Source: Paragordius varius
Lineage: Eukaryota; Animalia; Nematomorpha
DNA length: 64,000 nucleotides
Reading direction: 5' to 3'
Assembly: GCA_964247055.1 (NCBI GenBank)
Contig: OZ176053.1
Span: forward strand, 9,548,001-9,612,000
The position numbers were made by a program, and so were the translations under genes. Of this stretch, positions 11,651-24,100 are shown piece by piece. The notes beneath the pieces were generated by a model. It was given only the letters and a program-made list of their open reading frames with translations, did not search any database and was not told the origin of the DNA. How positions within the stretch are numbered: position 1 is the stretch's first letter; each line of letters starts with the position of its first letter.

Positions 11651-14600
11651 TCATTGAATAGGTGTATGACGAGCAATAAAATCACGATATTTGCTAAGTC
11701 GGGTAAAAACATTTGGGAACCCTGGAGAAAAACATTCGGTGTTGGCAACGAAACTTGCAATTCCATAGACAATCCAAGATGTCCCATCTTTTTTGCAAGA
11801 AAGTGGTCCACCAGAATCTCCCTATATATACGGTGCATAAACGAAATTATTGATATAGAGGTTTTTCGATTTTGTTTGAAAAGAAACATTGAATAATTTG
11901 ATATAAGTATTTCGAGCAAATTGGTAACCTAATTTACTTGTTAGCTAAGGTTGTGGATCTTATATAGTGCACTGCTCTGATATGATATTAGAAATTTATG
12001 GAATCTTTAGTTTTTATATGAATGTGAATCATATATGTTTTAAAGCTGCGCTAAAGTTAACATTATATTGAATATATAATGACCATTATTGGGGTTTAGA
12101 TAGGGCCTTATAAAAAAAGATTATTTGTAAAATTTAAATAATACTATTAAAGTGCTTATTTTAGAATCAGATTACACTAGTCAACAAGGTTTTGCACCAC
12201 CCCATTATTTTTGCATTTTCTGATACCTAATGGCATGGAAAGGCCAAAACAAAAAAGAAAATTGAGGCCACCAATAGGATTTTTCCAAAATTTACTTTTT
12301 AAATTTGTATTTAATTCAAAAATAACAATCATTCCTCGTGTACATATGTTTAAAAATTCAAACAAGCAAGTCGATACAAGTAATATTCCATGCATGGATA
12401 ACAAATTCTAGGCATTAAATAAGATACTAAACAAGCTAAGAGCCAAATTATTTAAAATTTAAAAGGGGCTTATGTATAGTGTGATAGATATGGGCGGCTG
12501 CACAAACTCTGCATATCCCCCAAGCGATCCTATAATTATGCCAGATATGGCAAAGATAACAATAAGTAATCGTAAAGTCCGATAAGAGAGACTTGCAAGC
12601 AAAATCTGGCAAATTGACATGTCCAATTAACCAATTTACAGAATAAAGTTAGATAAATTCTACAATTAAATTAAATATAAATTAGGTAAATACAAATGGT
12701 CCAACCCCATAACAGTAAACTCTACTAAAAGTGGCTACACAACATCTATCTGAAATTCAAAATACAAAACAACCAATAATTTCAAAAAAATAAGGTATAT
12801 ACTAGGTATAAATAAAGGATTTTTTATAAGAACCAACCAAGAGAAAAAGTCTAATAAGTACTCGAAAGAACGAAATCTAACAAAAAAAATATAGCCTATC
12901 TGAAAGCCGAAGGTTTAAACCATAGAATGCCTTTTTTAGTATTTTTTTTAAAAATTTTTATATGTGTTAAAAATTCACTTGAAAAAAAAGACTAAATTTT
13001 GACGTTTAAGTCCGTACTATTTTTTTCTCTCTGATATTTAAATGACATATTTATATTCAAAAGATAGAGTTTAAAACGCTTTATTAAATGATATTAAATT
13101 TATAATATAATAACATTTTATAGTAAAGTTATATTTAATTTTCTCTCGATTTTCTCTTGTTTTTGAAAAATTAAAAAACCTATAAAATTTCAAAATTCTG
13201 ATTGGCGGGATCAAAATTTTTTTTAAATTCGGTTTTAAAACACTGGAATTAGTCATAATTTAAAAAGTTTGAGTGGTGGTGCTTAAAAATGTCCAAATTT
13301 GTCGACTAGTGTTATCCACAATGTCGGCATTTAAATAAATGATTATTGAAACAATTTCTACAATACTAACAAAAAATTGCTCCAATTTTTCATTCCCATT
13401 TAAATGATGTTAAACTTAGGGGCTGTTAATAAGATAAGGACCTATGCTCTGCCTAAACTTGAGCTAATGGTCACTATTAAATCTAAATAGAACCAAATGT
13501 TCCACGGAAAATTTGTTAAAAGTCATTTAAAAAAATTTTCCTCAAACATTTATATGGCAGTAATTATAGTGTTAAATGAGGATGGTTTTTAAAATTGGGG
13601 AATATATTGAATTTTATTTTAATAATAAACAGTGAAACAAGTTATTTTGAAACTTACATGGCAAGCGCTCCGTAAACCATTTTTTGTTTCAGCACATAAC
13701 ATGGAATCTGTAATCACATCGTTTATTCGGCGATATTTTAGTTGACATGTCTTTAGTTTAGATATCGGTAGACATATTTCTCTTAATACACTTGTGGGTT
13801 CCTGAGGATCTTAATTCAAAATTCATAATCATTACAAATTTAATTAAAAAGTATTATAAAAATTTATATTAGATATGATGAATTCCAGCTTAGACCGATA
13901 ACACTATAGTTACACAATTATTCCACACGCTTCTGACAAGCTAAATATTATTCAAATTATTTTTTTTACACCTTTTCACCCAATCTCAAAACTATTTGTT
14001 CAACATCAACAATTTTTATTAAATCAAAAATATTTTAAGTATAATCGAATTAGGATCCGTTTTCTTTGTTACCAATATATTTTAGAATAACGGCCAAATA
14101 AACCCCATACAAATTTGACCATAGTAAATTGACAAAGTACGTTGCTTTAATACATATAATATTTTTCTATTGTTAAGCCTTTAAACTTTGTGTCCTAATA
14201 TAATATACAGTTGAATTATAATAGGCTGATTCATATTTTTGATTTCGTTATCGATTTTATGATAATAGATAAATATCAGAATTCATGCAAAAGTTTCTAA
14301 CTTTAAATGACATTTTTAACTGTCCACAAAGGTGCGCTTAAAAATGTAATAAATGTATATACGGATTCAAAAAAGCTCAGAAACCAAGCTGAAAGGTAAC
14401 TAACTCATAAAATTGTTATATTCTTTATGCAAACATATTTTACTGGGGGAAGGGGCGGTAAATTAAGCCTTTATAAATACTCTATTACGTTTTGGGGTAG
14501 TTTATATCCCAGAATGATCTGTAATTTTATATTTTAAGTATTTAAGCTATCAAGCCCAATTTAAAAATATGCATTATTTAGCCTTTTAGCCGCATTATCC

Positions 14601-17600
14601 AATTTTTTTTTATAAAAAAAATGTAAAATTGTAAAAAAACTTTCAAACTTTTTGACGCTTATTCTATGAATTTTTTAACGCTAATGCAACAGCCAAATAA
14701 TGTAAATTATGGTTAAAAAATTGTAGATTAACTTTAAAAAGTTCTCAGGCTAGATTTTACCAGCAAAAACTTGATATATTTTGATTAATATCAGCTGTTT
14801 TCAATTGTTTTTTGGGCTGTCCCAATTTTAAGCTCTTGAAGCCCCAAAACTGTAAAAAAACATAAGTTTTTTTATCTTATATATGTGAACATTGCTTAAA
14901 AATTAAATTTTAACTAAAATAACTTTCGAAACAGTAGTTTATTGACATATTTGAGTTCTGGGATATAAAATTACCCTAAATTTTATACTAAGAAAAAAGT
15001 GAAAAGTTAATGTTTAATACTTTTTGTAAGTGAAATATAGATTATCAATTACTTCGGGTATCACCCCAACCCGAAACATAACAATCATGACCGGTTTCTA
15101 TTTCATCAGTGGCATCTGGTAAACAGGCTGGATTAATGTTTGTTGCAGAGAGTGGGACTGGTTTACGAAATTCGATTATCGCTATATCATTGTCATGACT
15201 AAGTTCGGGTTTATAATCTTCATGAATCATTAAACGTTTAATTAATGAGAACCATTTGATTGAAGAAGGATATTTAATATCATCTTTATTGATTAGTCCA
15301 CCAAAGATTACCCAAAGATCCAAAGGTCTATAAAATAAATATTTGAACAAAAATTGTTAAATTATACATAATTAATTGGGTTAATTTGTAGAAAGAGTAA
15401 AAGTGGTGAATAAATGTTACGAATATTAAAATATTATAATTAATTACATATCTGAGAAACAGTGGGCTGACGTGATAGCAAAATTGGGATGGATAAGTAC
15501 TGCCCCACATTCAGAAGACGGAGACATTAAAAGGAGCTAAACACAATTTTAGATAATAATAAACGTTAAATTTGATTTAAATTTATGTAATAATTGGCAT
15601 GATTATATCATAAATATAGTTCATATGGAAAACAGAACTAGATACAAGGTGGTTTCTATGAGTTAACTCCAAAACCGGGTTGGTTTTTAATTATCTTTAC
15701 CGGAAGCTCTTGAAATAATCTGGGCGTATTTGTTTCAAATTTGAGATTACTCGTTTTTTGAATATACAACCGACTTTAGACCAATTTTATATAAAAATTC
15801 CGTCATTTTTATGATTTGTGATAAAATGATTAATATCATTACTATCTTTCCTTTAGAACAGATGTGTCCAACACAAATGGCAAGGCCGCATTTTGGGGAT
15901 TATATTGACATAAACAAATATTTTATTAGATTTTAGACCTAAAACTGTAAAAACAACTATTTATTTAACATTTTTAGCCAGTTCATTGACAATATCCGGA
16001 AAGATTTATCAGTAAATTTTTCAAGATAATGATTTGTTTCTAGATTTCGTAAAATCTTGTATTTGATATTTCTGGCGGGCCGCAGGATTTTGGAGGGCGC
16101 AGGCGGTCCGCGGGCCGCAATTTGAACAAACACCCCTGCTTTGAATCACAAACTAATATTATTTAAAAAAATTATTTAACTAACACAAACGTCATAAACC
16201 AAAAATATTGTCCAACTTATTATCTTATTGATATATTAATAAAGTTAATTTATTAAATATCTAAATGATCCATTAAATTTTTTTTTAATTAAACCTATTT
16301 TTCTAATTTTTACCAATTATATTATTTAGAGGTAATATAGAGAAACGTGTCTGGTAAATAATAGTTTAATGAATAATGTAATGGAGAGCAAAGCTTTAAA
16401 TCAATAAACCAGAACTTGGATGCTGAGATTTGAGCAGAAACTGATTTAGATGGGCTGAAACTGCAAACCTACTTCTGAATTTTGTCCAAAACCACCTAGG
16501 TTCCGGTCCCAACATTAACAAACTACCGTGTTTTCTTAAATTTTAAGGAAAATACCCAGAGGCTGCTTTTGGTTTCACAAAATATTTTGGAGCAAAAATG
16601 GTTAATGAATGCCAATTTTGATATTTTTTTTTATAAATTACTAACATAATTGTTTTCGCCTACTAAAATGGGTATAATAGAATTTCATCAAATATAAGTT
16701 TATAGTTTTTAATTAATCTTTTTATTTATGATCTAATTAGCCCTGGGCAGGCGAGTGTTAAAGCCTTCTCATGACGGGATACAATTTAAGTCCTTACTCT
16801 TTAATATAAAAGGAAAAAAGAGACTCTAAACTGTATATTATGATTTAATTGATATTTAATTACATAATGATTATAATAATTCATACATATAAATAATAAA
16901 TGTATGACTAAAATTTTTGATGAGATTTACAAAAAATGCATCCAACAATCAAAATGAATATTTCTATCATAATTTAACCTATTATATAATCAATATTTAC
17001 CAAAGACTTTTTATTAATATAGACATTTTGAATTAACCAGCATCCACAACATTTGCGATAAAAACATTAAAGTTATGTCGATATATTTTTAATATTTCTA
17101 TTTTCAAAAGATATTACAAATGTCTCAAGCTTTCTAATGTTTTAATTCAAGTATCATTCATGATCAGCTGCTTGGCCCATTTTTCTTTGTACCATTTGCA
17201 CTTTAAGAGTGTCCTAGAACACTTCAAGTTTGTCCTTGAACAAATGAAGTTGGTCCTTGAACAATTCAGGTTGGCCCTTGAACAATTCAAGTTGGTCCTT
17301 GAACACTTCATGATCCTTAAAATTTTTAAATTTTGATTTAACCATAATTCTTTCAAAAAACTATTAGCCTAAAGCTAATTTTAAATTTAAACAATATCAA
17401 GCTTCTGCCGGTAAAATGCAACCTGAATGCTTGCCAAAGTTAATTATTTTTCTGACCATAATATACATATATTTGCCTATTGTATTAATGATTTAAAAAA
17501 ATTAAAAGAAAAAAATGGCGGCGAAAAATTTTGAGATGAGGACTTTTTTACAATTTTACATTTATTAAATTTTTTGTTTTATGCACCAAAAAGGCTTTTG

Positions 17601-20030
17601 AAAGCACATTTTCGAATTCGGTAAGGCCTTTAATATGTCTTATGATTTTTAAATTCCGATTCGCTCTGGGATATAAACTACCCAAAAGGTCATGAAGCCA
17701 TAAAGCCAACATTCATTCTAAATAGTTAATTTAGTCATCCAAGTAAATGACCCTTATTAATTGTACGAATATATAAATGTTTATCTAACCTGCCATGGCC
17801 ATGCTCCTAACAGTGATTCTGAACCTCCCACGACACTTGTTCTATTTTGTGTGTATAATAGCGAACAATTTGGAGCAACAGGCATGGCAAAAGTTTTACC
17901 ACAAACGAATGCTAATTAGTTTTTTAAGATCAACAAAAAAATATTTTCCAATATACATGTTTGATAAAATCAACACAGAATAACTTTTATTTTATTAACA
18001 ATTGAATAGGAATGATAATGTCAGAGAATCTATAACTGGTAGGATCCGGTGTCATTTCTTAAAGATTTTCAGTTCTGAGCGGTTTAAGCCGGCAACCCGC
18101 TATTCAAACCGTATACCCGTTAATATAAAAGATAAAAACTAGTGGATATGCAGGCATAGAGTTTGGTCTGATTAGTTGTGATTGAATTCATGACCGTAAC
18201 AGAGACCGCTTCACAAATAGCTAGTCTAAGAAATTTAAATTTATATAAAATAAAATCATTTCACACAAAAAATTGTAAAGTTTAAAATTTAATCGAACCC
18301 TGTTATTGGTATTTATTAGACATAGAGGGTAAAATTTAAATATTTAAATATCCTCTATATATGATTTAGAAATCAGTAAATATTATTATAATTCGAACTA
18401 TTATATAAAATCGGCTTAATATCATTAAGTGGAAGCAAAAGATTATGCGATATTATGGACGTGCTCCATAAATCTGCCCCTGTTTATCACCAACTTGGCA
18501 AAAATATCTTAAATTCCATAAAGTTATTGAATTTGTCCTGTTTTTACAGTGTATGTATTTTTATTGTGAATATTATTTTGTATTTTAGAGGTACCGGGGC
18601 ACAAAAAAACTTGAAATTTTAATATTATGTAGAGAAAAGGTCACATCAAAATTTAATGTAAAACTTGGCCCACTTGGGGCACTAAAACAGTGTTCTACAC
18701 ATCTTAATGTAAATATTGAATAAAAAATCTCATCAAAATTTAATATACATTCTTGTGTTTCATTGTATGTTGAATTTCGAAATAGCTTTTGGTATTGATT
18801 GATCAAAATGATTCTTTCGTTTGTAATATTACCATATGGTAGAAAATATATGCCAGCATCATGTTCGCTATTAGTTTGATTGTCCTGCGTTAAATCTTAA
18901 TAAATGAATTGAATCATAAACAGCGGTTTAATATATTAACTTAAGTTAAAACGAATTTAAAAATAGAATAATTTAAAATTTAACTAATATGTTTAGTTTT
19001 AAAAATGGATATTATATGGAAACCTTGGTATCATTAAGTGGTCATTAAGCTGTCCAAAAAGGATGATCGATTCGAAATGTCAAAATTTTCTTATCCCAAA
19101 AAATTTGTTATTAAACAACTCCGTAAAATATAAGAACAGCTTTTTTCGTTTTAAAATTTATTTGTGGGCTAAATTGATCAGGATGATAGAATAGTGTGTG
19201 AAACATTTTATTAAAAAATATAGTTGAGATAGTTTGCATTATTTTAGACTTACAAGCTTCTTCGAAACCGTTAATCTCAACAGCAAATATTTCCCACTCA
19301 ATCATTTGCAGTATATTTTATATAAAAAAAGGATACTTACCATACAGAGAACATCTTGAAATTAGGTTTTTTTATTTAATTATCCTGTTACGATTGACAT
19401 AACTTTTTACGTTTAAAAATCTCATTTTTAAGATGCAACCTAATACATATCGCTTCCCATTAGCTATTAAGCTTGTGGATGCAGTTAAGCCATATAAAAA
19501 AGAAATATACAGTTTAGTATCTCTTTTATACCTTTTATTGAAGGGTGATAACTCAAGTTGTATCAGAACATTTGGAAGCTTTAACACTAGCTGATCAGGG
19601 CTGACAGTAATAATGGTAAAATTGCGTATTTTTGGGATCGAACTCTGGTAACACACAGTGCAAGAGCTTGACGTCTTTACTATATCATCACTATAACTTT
19701 TAAATAATAATTATTTACTATTAATTTAAAAAAAGAGTAAAAGACCATTTAAGTTTTGAGCGATAAAAAAGTGTAATTATACGGATGATAAGTTATCGGT
19801 CTCATAAAACGTGTTTGGTCAAATATTTTTAGCCTACTTGAAAATCATAAAGAAAATATATGTAGTTACTATATTGATAGTAATTGGATGATATATACTG
19901 AGAAGATATTGCGATTCGAATAACCAAAATAATTTGAGTAAAAAGTATAAAAAACATTATAATAAAATTTGAAATTGACGAATACAGTACATTAAACTCA
20001 TCATGTTCGTCAAAACAAGTTATACACAAA
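11651..20030 (-). CDS. Multi-exon S1 (chymotrypsin-fold) serine protease, probably type II membrane-anchored. Protease-domain exons 17911-17790, 15536-15448, 15327-15053, 13809-13658, 11821-11651. Tentative upstream exons ~20030-19838 (TM), ~19680-19400, ~19296-19120, 18895-18595, ~18507-18460, ~18230-18152
   Basis: Spliced translation: CGKT...VVGGSESLLGAWPWQ|LLLMSPSSECGAVLIHPNFAITSAHC...DNDIAIIEF...PACLP...CYVSGWG...CLPI...MLCAETKNGLRSACH|GDSGGPL...GIASFV...PNVFTRLSKY...TGA. The His-Asp-Ser triad is intact and phases are consistent across the protease exons. A hydrophobic stretch, SNFIIMFFILFTQIILVIRIAI, lies at ~19900-19980. The upstream exon chain is less certain. Confidence 0.88.
14488..14980. 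mobile_element. Non-autonomous TIR element (dispersed family)
   Basis: Inverted termini TTTTGGGGTAGTTTATATCCCAGA ... TCTGGGATATAAAATTACCC. The same motifs bound 33640-34100 and recur at ~17665. Confidence 0.55.
15859..16138. mobile_element. hAT/Buster-type MITE (~280 bp)
   Basis: Termini CAGATGTGTCCAAC ... AACACCCCTG, flanked by CTTTAGAA and CTTTGAAT (decayed TSD). Internal sequence resembles 37339-37610. Confidence 0.7.
17190..17320 (+). repeat. ~21-bp tandem repeat (GAACAATTCAAGTTGGTCCTT-like, ~5 units) behind a TACCATTT terminus
   Basis: Repeat units are seen directly. The terminal motif and periodicity match the element at 56358-56693. Confidence 0.75.
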
Positions 20031-21318
20031 AGTACAAATTGTTGATGAAATTATAATAAAAATAAATATATTATATAATATTTGATAAAAAAATTAGCTG
20101 TTTTCGCGGTAAAGTACCCTTTTTTATATGAATTGAGTTTGTACCGTGTTAGTGATCATACTGATATAAAAAATATATTTTCATTTTCAGTTATAAGTGC
20201 TATTACAATGCGTCCGAAATCAGCAAAATATCAATGAAATATGTATATCCTGATAGAAAAATATATCAGGATTATCATGGTGCTTTTGTTTTGGGCCTTA
20301 CGTCGAGATGTTATTTTTTCGGCTGCTTTATATCAGAAATGAGCAAAATTTGCGCTTTGTTGAGTTAAATTTTTTTGGTATGCTTCATTGCAAAAAATAT
20401 ATCTAAAATATATGATAAAATACGTATAAAAAGATAAATATTTTTTAATATATCTAATTTTAAGATGTGGATTTAAAAATCACAAATATTTTCGGCCTCC
20501 TAAAACGGCTAGTTCTATTAAAATAAACGCAAAAATGGTGAGATTTAGCGATAAAGATTATTAATATATGCATAATTTTGACAAAAAAAAGTTTTTTTTT
20601 GAAAAATGATATTCTGCTCAAAAACAACCTAACACTATTTTGAGGCATAATAAAAACGAAATAACACCTTTGTAAAATTCAAAAAAGTTAAAATTTTATT
20701 ACCTTAGAATTTTAATTAAAATATTTGTTAGTCTAAAATTTATAAAAATATAATCTTGGTAGGAAAACTAACCCAAAAATAAGAGCCAATGAATCTTTAA
20801 ATCAAAGTTCTGAGGGTTTAGTCTTCAGTATCATCGAATTATATAGAAATTTTTAATATCTTTAAGTGTTTTTATACAGTTTCCACCATGCTTAGTAAAA
20901 CTCGCTTTCGCGAATGTATTGCTTTGAATTATATTTTTAAAACCGATTTTTCAGTAAAAAATTTTTTGATGTTAAAATTTAGCCATTTATGAATATTTTA
21001 TATCGCGCAGTATGGCATTTTTACACCTGTTTAAGAAATTTTGCCCACTTTCAACGGGTCAAAAAATTTGAGACTATTGGACCCCACATCTATCTGAAAT
21101 CGTATAAAATAATGTTTTGCTTTTATATAGTTAATGATATGATTAAGTGATATCTATTAAAATGAATTTAGAAAAAAATTTACCGTAATAAGCCCAAATT
21201 TTGCCATTTCGTATCAAGCGTGATCACAAAAGAAATAATAACTTTCTTATATGACTCATAAGGCTTAAATTTGAAATAATGGTGATCCTGCATTTATCTA
21301 TTAAACACAGAATATATA

Positions 21319-22476
21319 CACTGTGTACAAAAGAAGAGTTAATTCTTTTTCGACCAGCGAATTCATTTGCCTTAAAAATTTTATGTTGACGACCTAATTT
21401 TGAAATATTGAGAAAAAAACGAAATCGGGCAAAAAGTGAAAGGATAATTAATGATAATTCAAAAAATAATAATAAAAGTTGAGATATGGTTTATTATCAT
21501 AGGAGATATTTTCAATAATATAAATAACCTAAAATCGTAGAGTTAGGGTTTTTATAAAATCTCAGTTCGAAAGATGGCGTTTTTTATTTAATTCACTTGC
21601 AGACAAAATTTTTTTTATAAAACCATATTAAAATAATATTTTCAATTATTTACTATCTAATCTCACTATTAAAATCTTAACATTCATATTATATTCAGTG
21701 AAAAAACTTATATATCAAAATAAAACTAAAAAATACTGTTTTTATATTTTTGTCATCTGGTTTATGATCGTAAAAATTAATACTGTTTTATTTAGTAATC
21801 TTAGTGCGAATTATAAAGTTTATAATTTATGCAAATTAGGATTTAAAAGTAGTGGAATATCAACCATCCTTACAAATCCTTTGAACAAATTTGTAACACA
21901 AATTAATATTTTAATTGGGATATATACGGATTTTGGGTTGATTTTCCACTACTTGTAAATTTTATTTTGTTTTAATTTAGATACTTTCCCGCTTATGTGA
22001 AATTCCAAAATAAAACAGTAATTTTTTTATACCGTCATAAACCAGATGACAAAAAAATCAAAAAATAAAAAACAAAATTTTTTATTTTAGTTAAATATAT
22101 AAGTTTTTTTATTAATATGAATGTTAAGATTTTAATAGTGAGATTAGCTAGTAAATATTTAAAGTATTATTTTAATATAGTTAAATTAGAAATTAAGTGT
22201 GTTAAAAGAAAAGCTGCAACTTTTAAACTGTTTTATAGAAAGACTAACTATATGATTTAGGCTATTTATATATTGAAAATACTCCTAAAATAATAATAAA
22301 CCATTATATCTCAACTTTTATCATTATTTTGAATTATCCTTAATTTTCACTTTTTGTCCGGTTTCGATTTCCTCCCAATATATCAAAAACTAAACAAACA
22401 AAATTTTTTACGACAAATGAATTTGCTGGTCATAAGCTATCTAACGAAAAAAAGATAATATTATAAAATTTTGCAC

Positions 22477-22482
<6 letters not shown>
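21319..22482. mobile_element. Foldback / long-TIR non-autonomous element with TA-flanked Tc1/mariner-like ends
   Basis: ~21320-21815 is the degenerate reverse complement of ~21985-22480, for example GTCATCTGGTTTATGA vs TCATAAACCAGATGAC and AAAAGTTGAGATAT vs ATATCTCAACTTTT. Ends are TACACTGTGTACAAAA and TTTTGCACACAATATA. Confidence 0.75.

Positions 22483-22511
<29 letters not shown>
22481..22511. repeat. (TA)n microsatellite
   Basis: Seen directly at the right end of the foldback element. Confidence 0.97.
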
Positions 22512-22513
<2 letters not shown>

Positions 22514-24100
22514 TGATCATCAGGTTTAGTTATAATCCTTATGAGTGATTTATGGGACATGCTAAATATCAAAAAGTGGCAAACTTTGCTGTGAATCTTA
22601 ATGCCTCATTTCAATAATTTCACTAACTTATATTATAAATTATATCTGTATAAGCAAAAATTTTTATAAATCTATTTTTTGGGCTTTAATTATGTTTGCC
22701 CCTTTCTCAAATTGGCAAGTTTTCTTTCAAATAAAGGCTAAAAAGCCGAGATTGCGAGATATAAAATACAATAATGAGCTAAATTTTTATATAAGTTTCT
22801 TCAGAGAAAACGGATATTTTTTTTAATGTTTTATTTATGGCAGTGGAAGCATACTGACTATTGAGGTAGATTCAACCATTATAAAAATATAAGATATTAT
22901 ACAAACATTTTTATATAATTCGATGTGCTCAGCATTTCTAATAGCTCTTAAATTTTAAAGCTTTTGAATTTGGGAGATTTAATAAAAAAACAGTTCAACA
23001 AATATTTAAGAAATCTCAGGTGATAGAATTATTCATCTTTTATTATATAAAAATTTTATATTTAATTAATTCATTTTTTAGGATTTGGCTATTTTAAGCC
23101 AAACTAACTTTTCTGAAGAAACCATTATGTTAGCATATATTTAAAATCCTTATCGCGCAATCTCGGCATACCTTTAATATAAGAGAGACCCATTTTATTA
23201 GGGAAAAGTTAGCCCAAAAATTATTTTATCAAAATATTGGTTTGCTTTTTATGGTCTATAAAATTTAGTATTCATATTTTTGGAATCAAACATTTAGCTT
23301 TCACCAAAAAATGTTTATTTAACATAATGTGAGGCTTTTGCTCCTTTCTGATATGGAGCACTTACCACAATATTATGATCAAAACCAAAAGCATCATGAG
23401 AATCCTGAATTTCTATCAGAATATTTTTTATACCCGAATTTGGTGCAGTGTATATCATCAGAATATTTTTTGTGTGCAAAGAGTTATGGTAAATATATTT
23501 GGTGAAAGCTAAATGCCTCATTTCAATAAATATAAATTAAAAATGATAAATTACAATATATTAAAAATATTTTTATGTAAAAATATGTATTTGTTGCAAT
23601 TGTTGATATTACAAAAAACCGAAAACTATATGAAGTCTAGTCTAAAAATAAGAATTTCACTGAAATTTACTTCTTTTCCAAATTATACACTCAAAAGGAC
23701 GTGATATCATATTTTTGACTCAATAGTAATATTCAATTTTAGAAATTCTGAGCGTAAATCTTAGTCAAAAGGTAATAAATTAAATGCTAAAACAAAACTC
23801 TAAAATTTTATTTTAAAATGCTTATATATAATTTTTATTCTATCGATTAATTTAGTAAAATTATAGATATCTTAATTTTTCTATGGGTTTAAATAACACA
23901 ATGTGAGGCTCATTTGGTATTGATGAATGATATTATGTTAAAGGAAATTTTAAATTTAACAATGATTATTACATGTTAGAAGTTGTTATATTATTATTAT
24001 TGTAAATTGGAAACGTATTGAAAAAAAGATTTTCAATATTCGCGTGTATACAGAATGTAGACAGCATATGGTTTGCAGGATGTCACATATTTAAATTTGA

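Noticed and set aside
12100-13600. Weak non-LTR RT-like words (LRPPIG, KIRTYALPKL) in a protease intron
   Set aside because: Too degraded; no RT catalytic motif is recognisable.
17190-17320. CRISPR-like appearance of the 21-bp repeats here and at 56358-56693
   Set aside because: The units are directly tandem with no unique spacers, there are no cas genes, and the context is eukaryotic.
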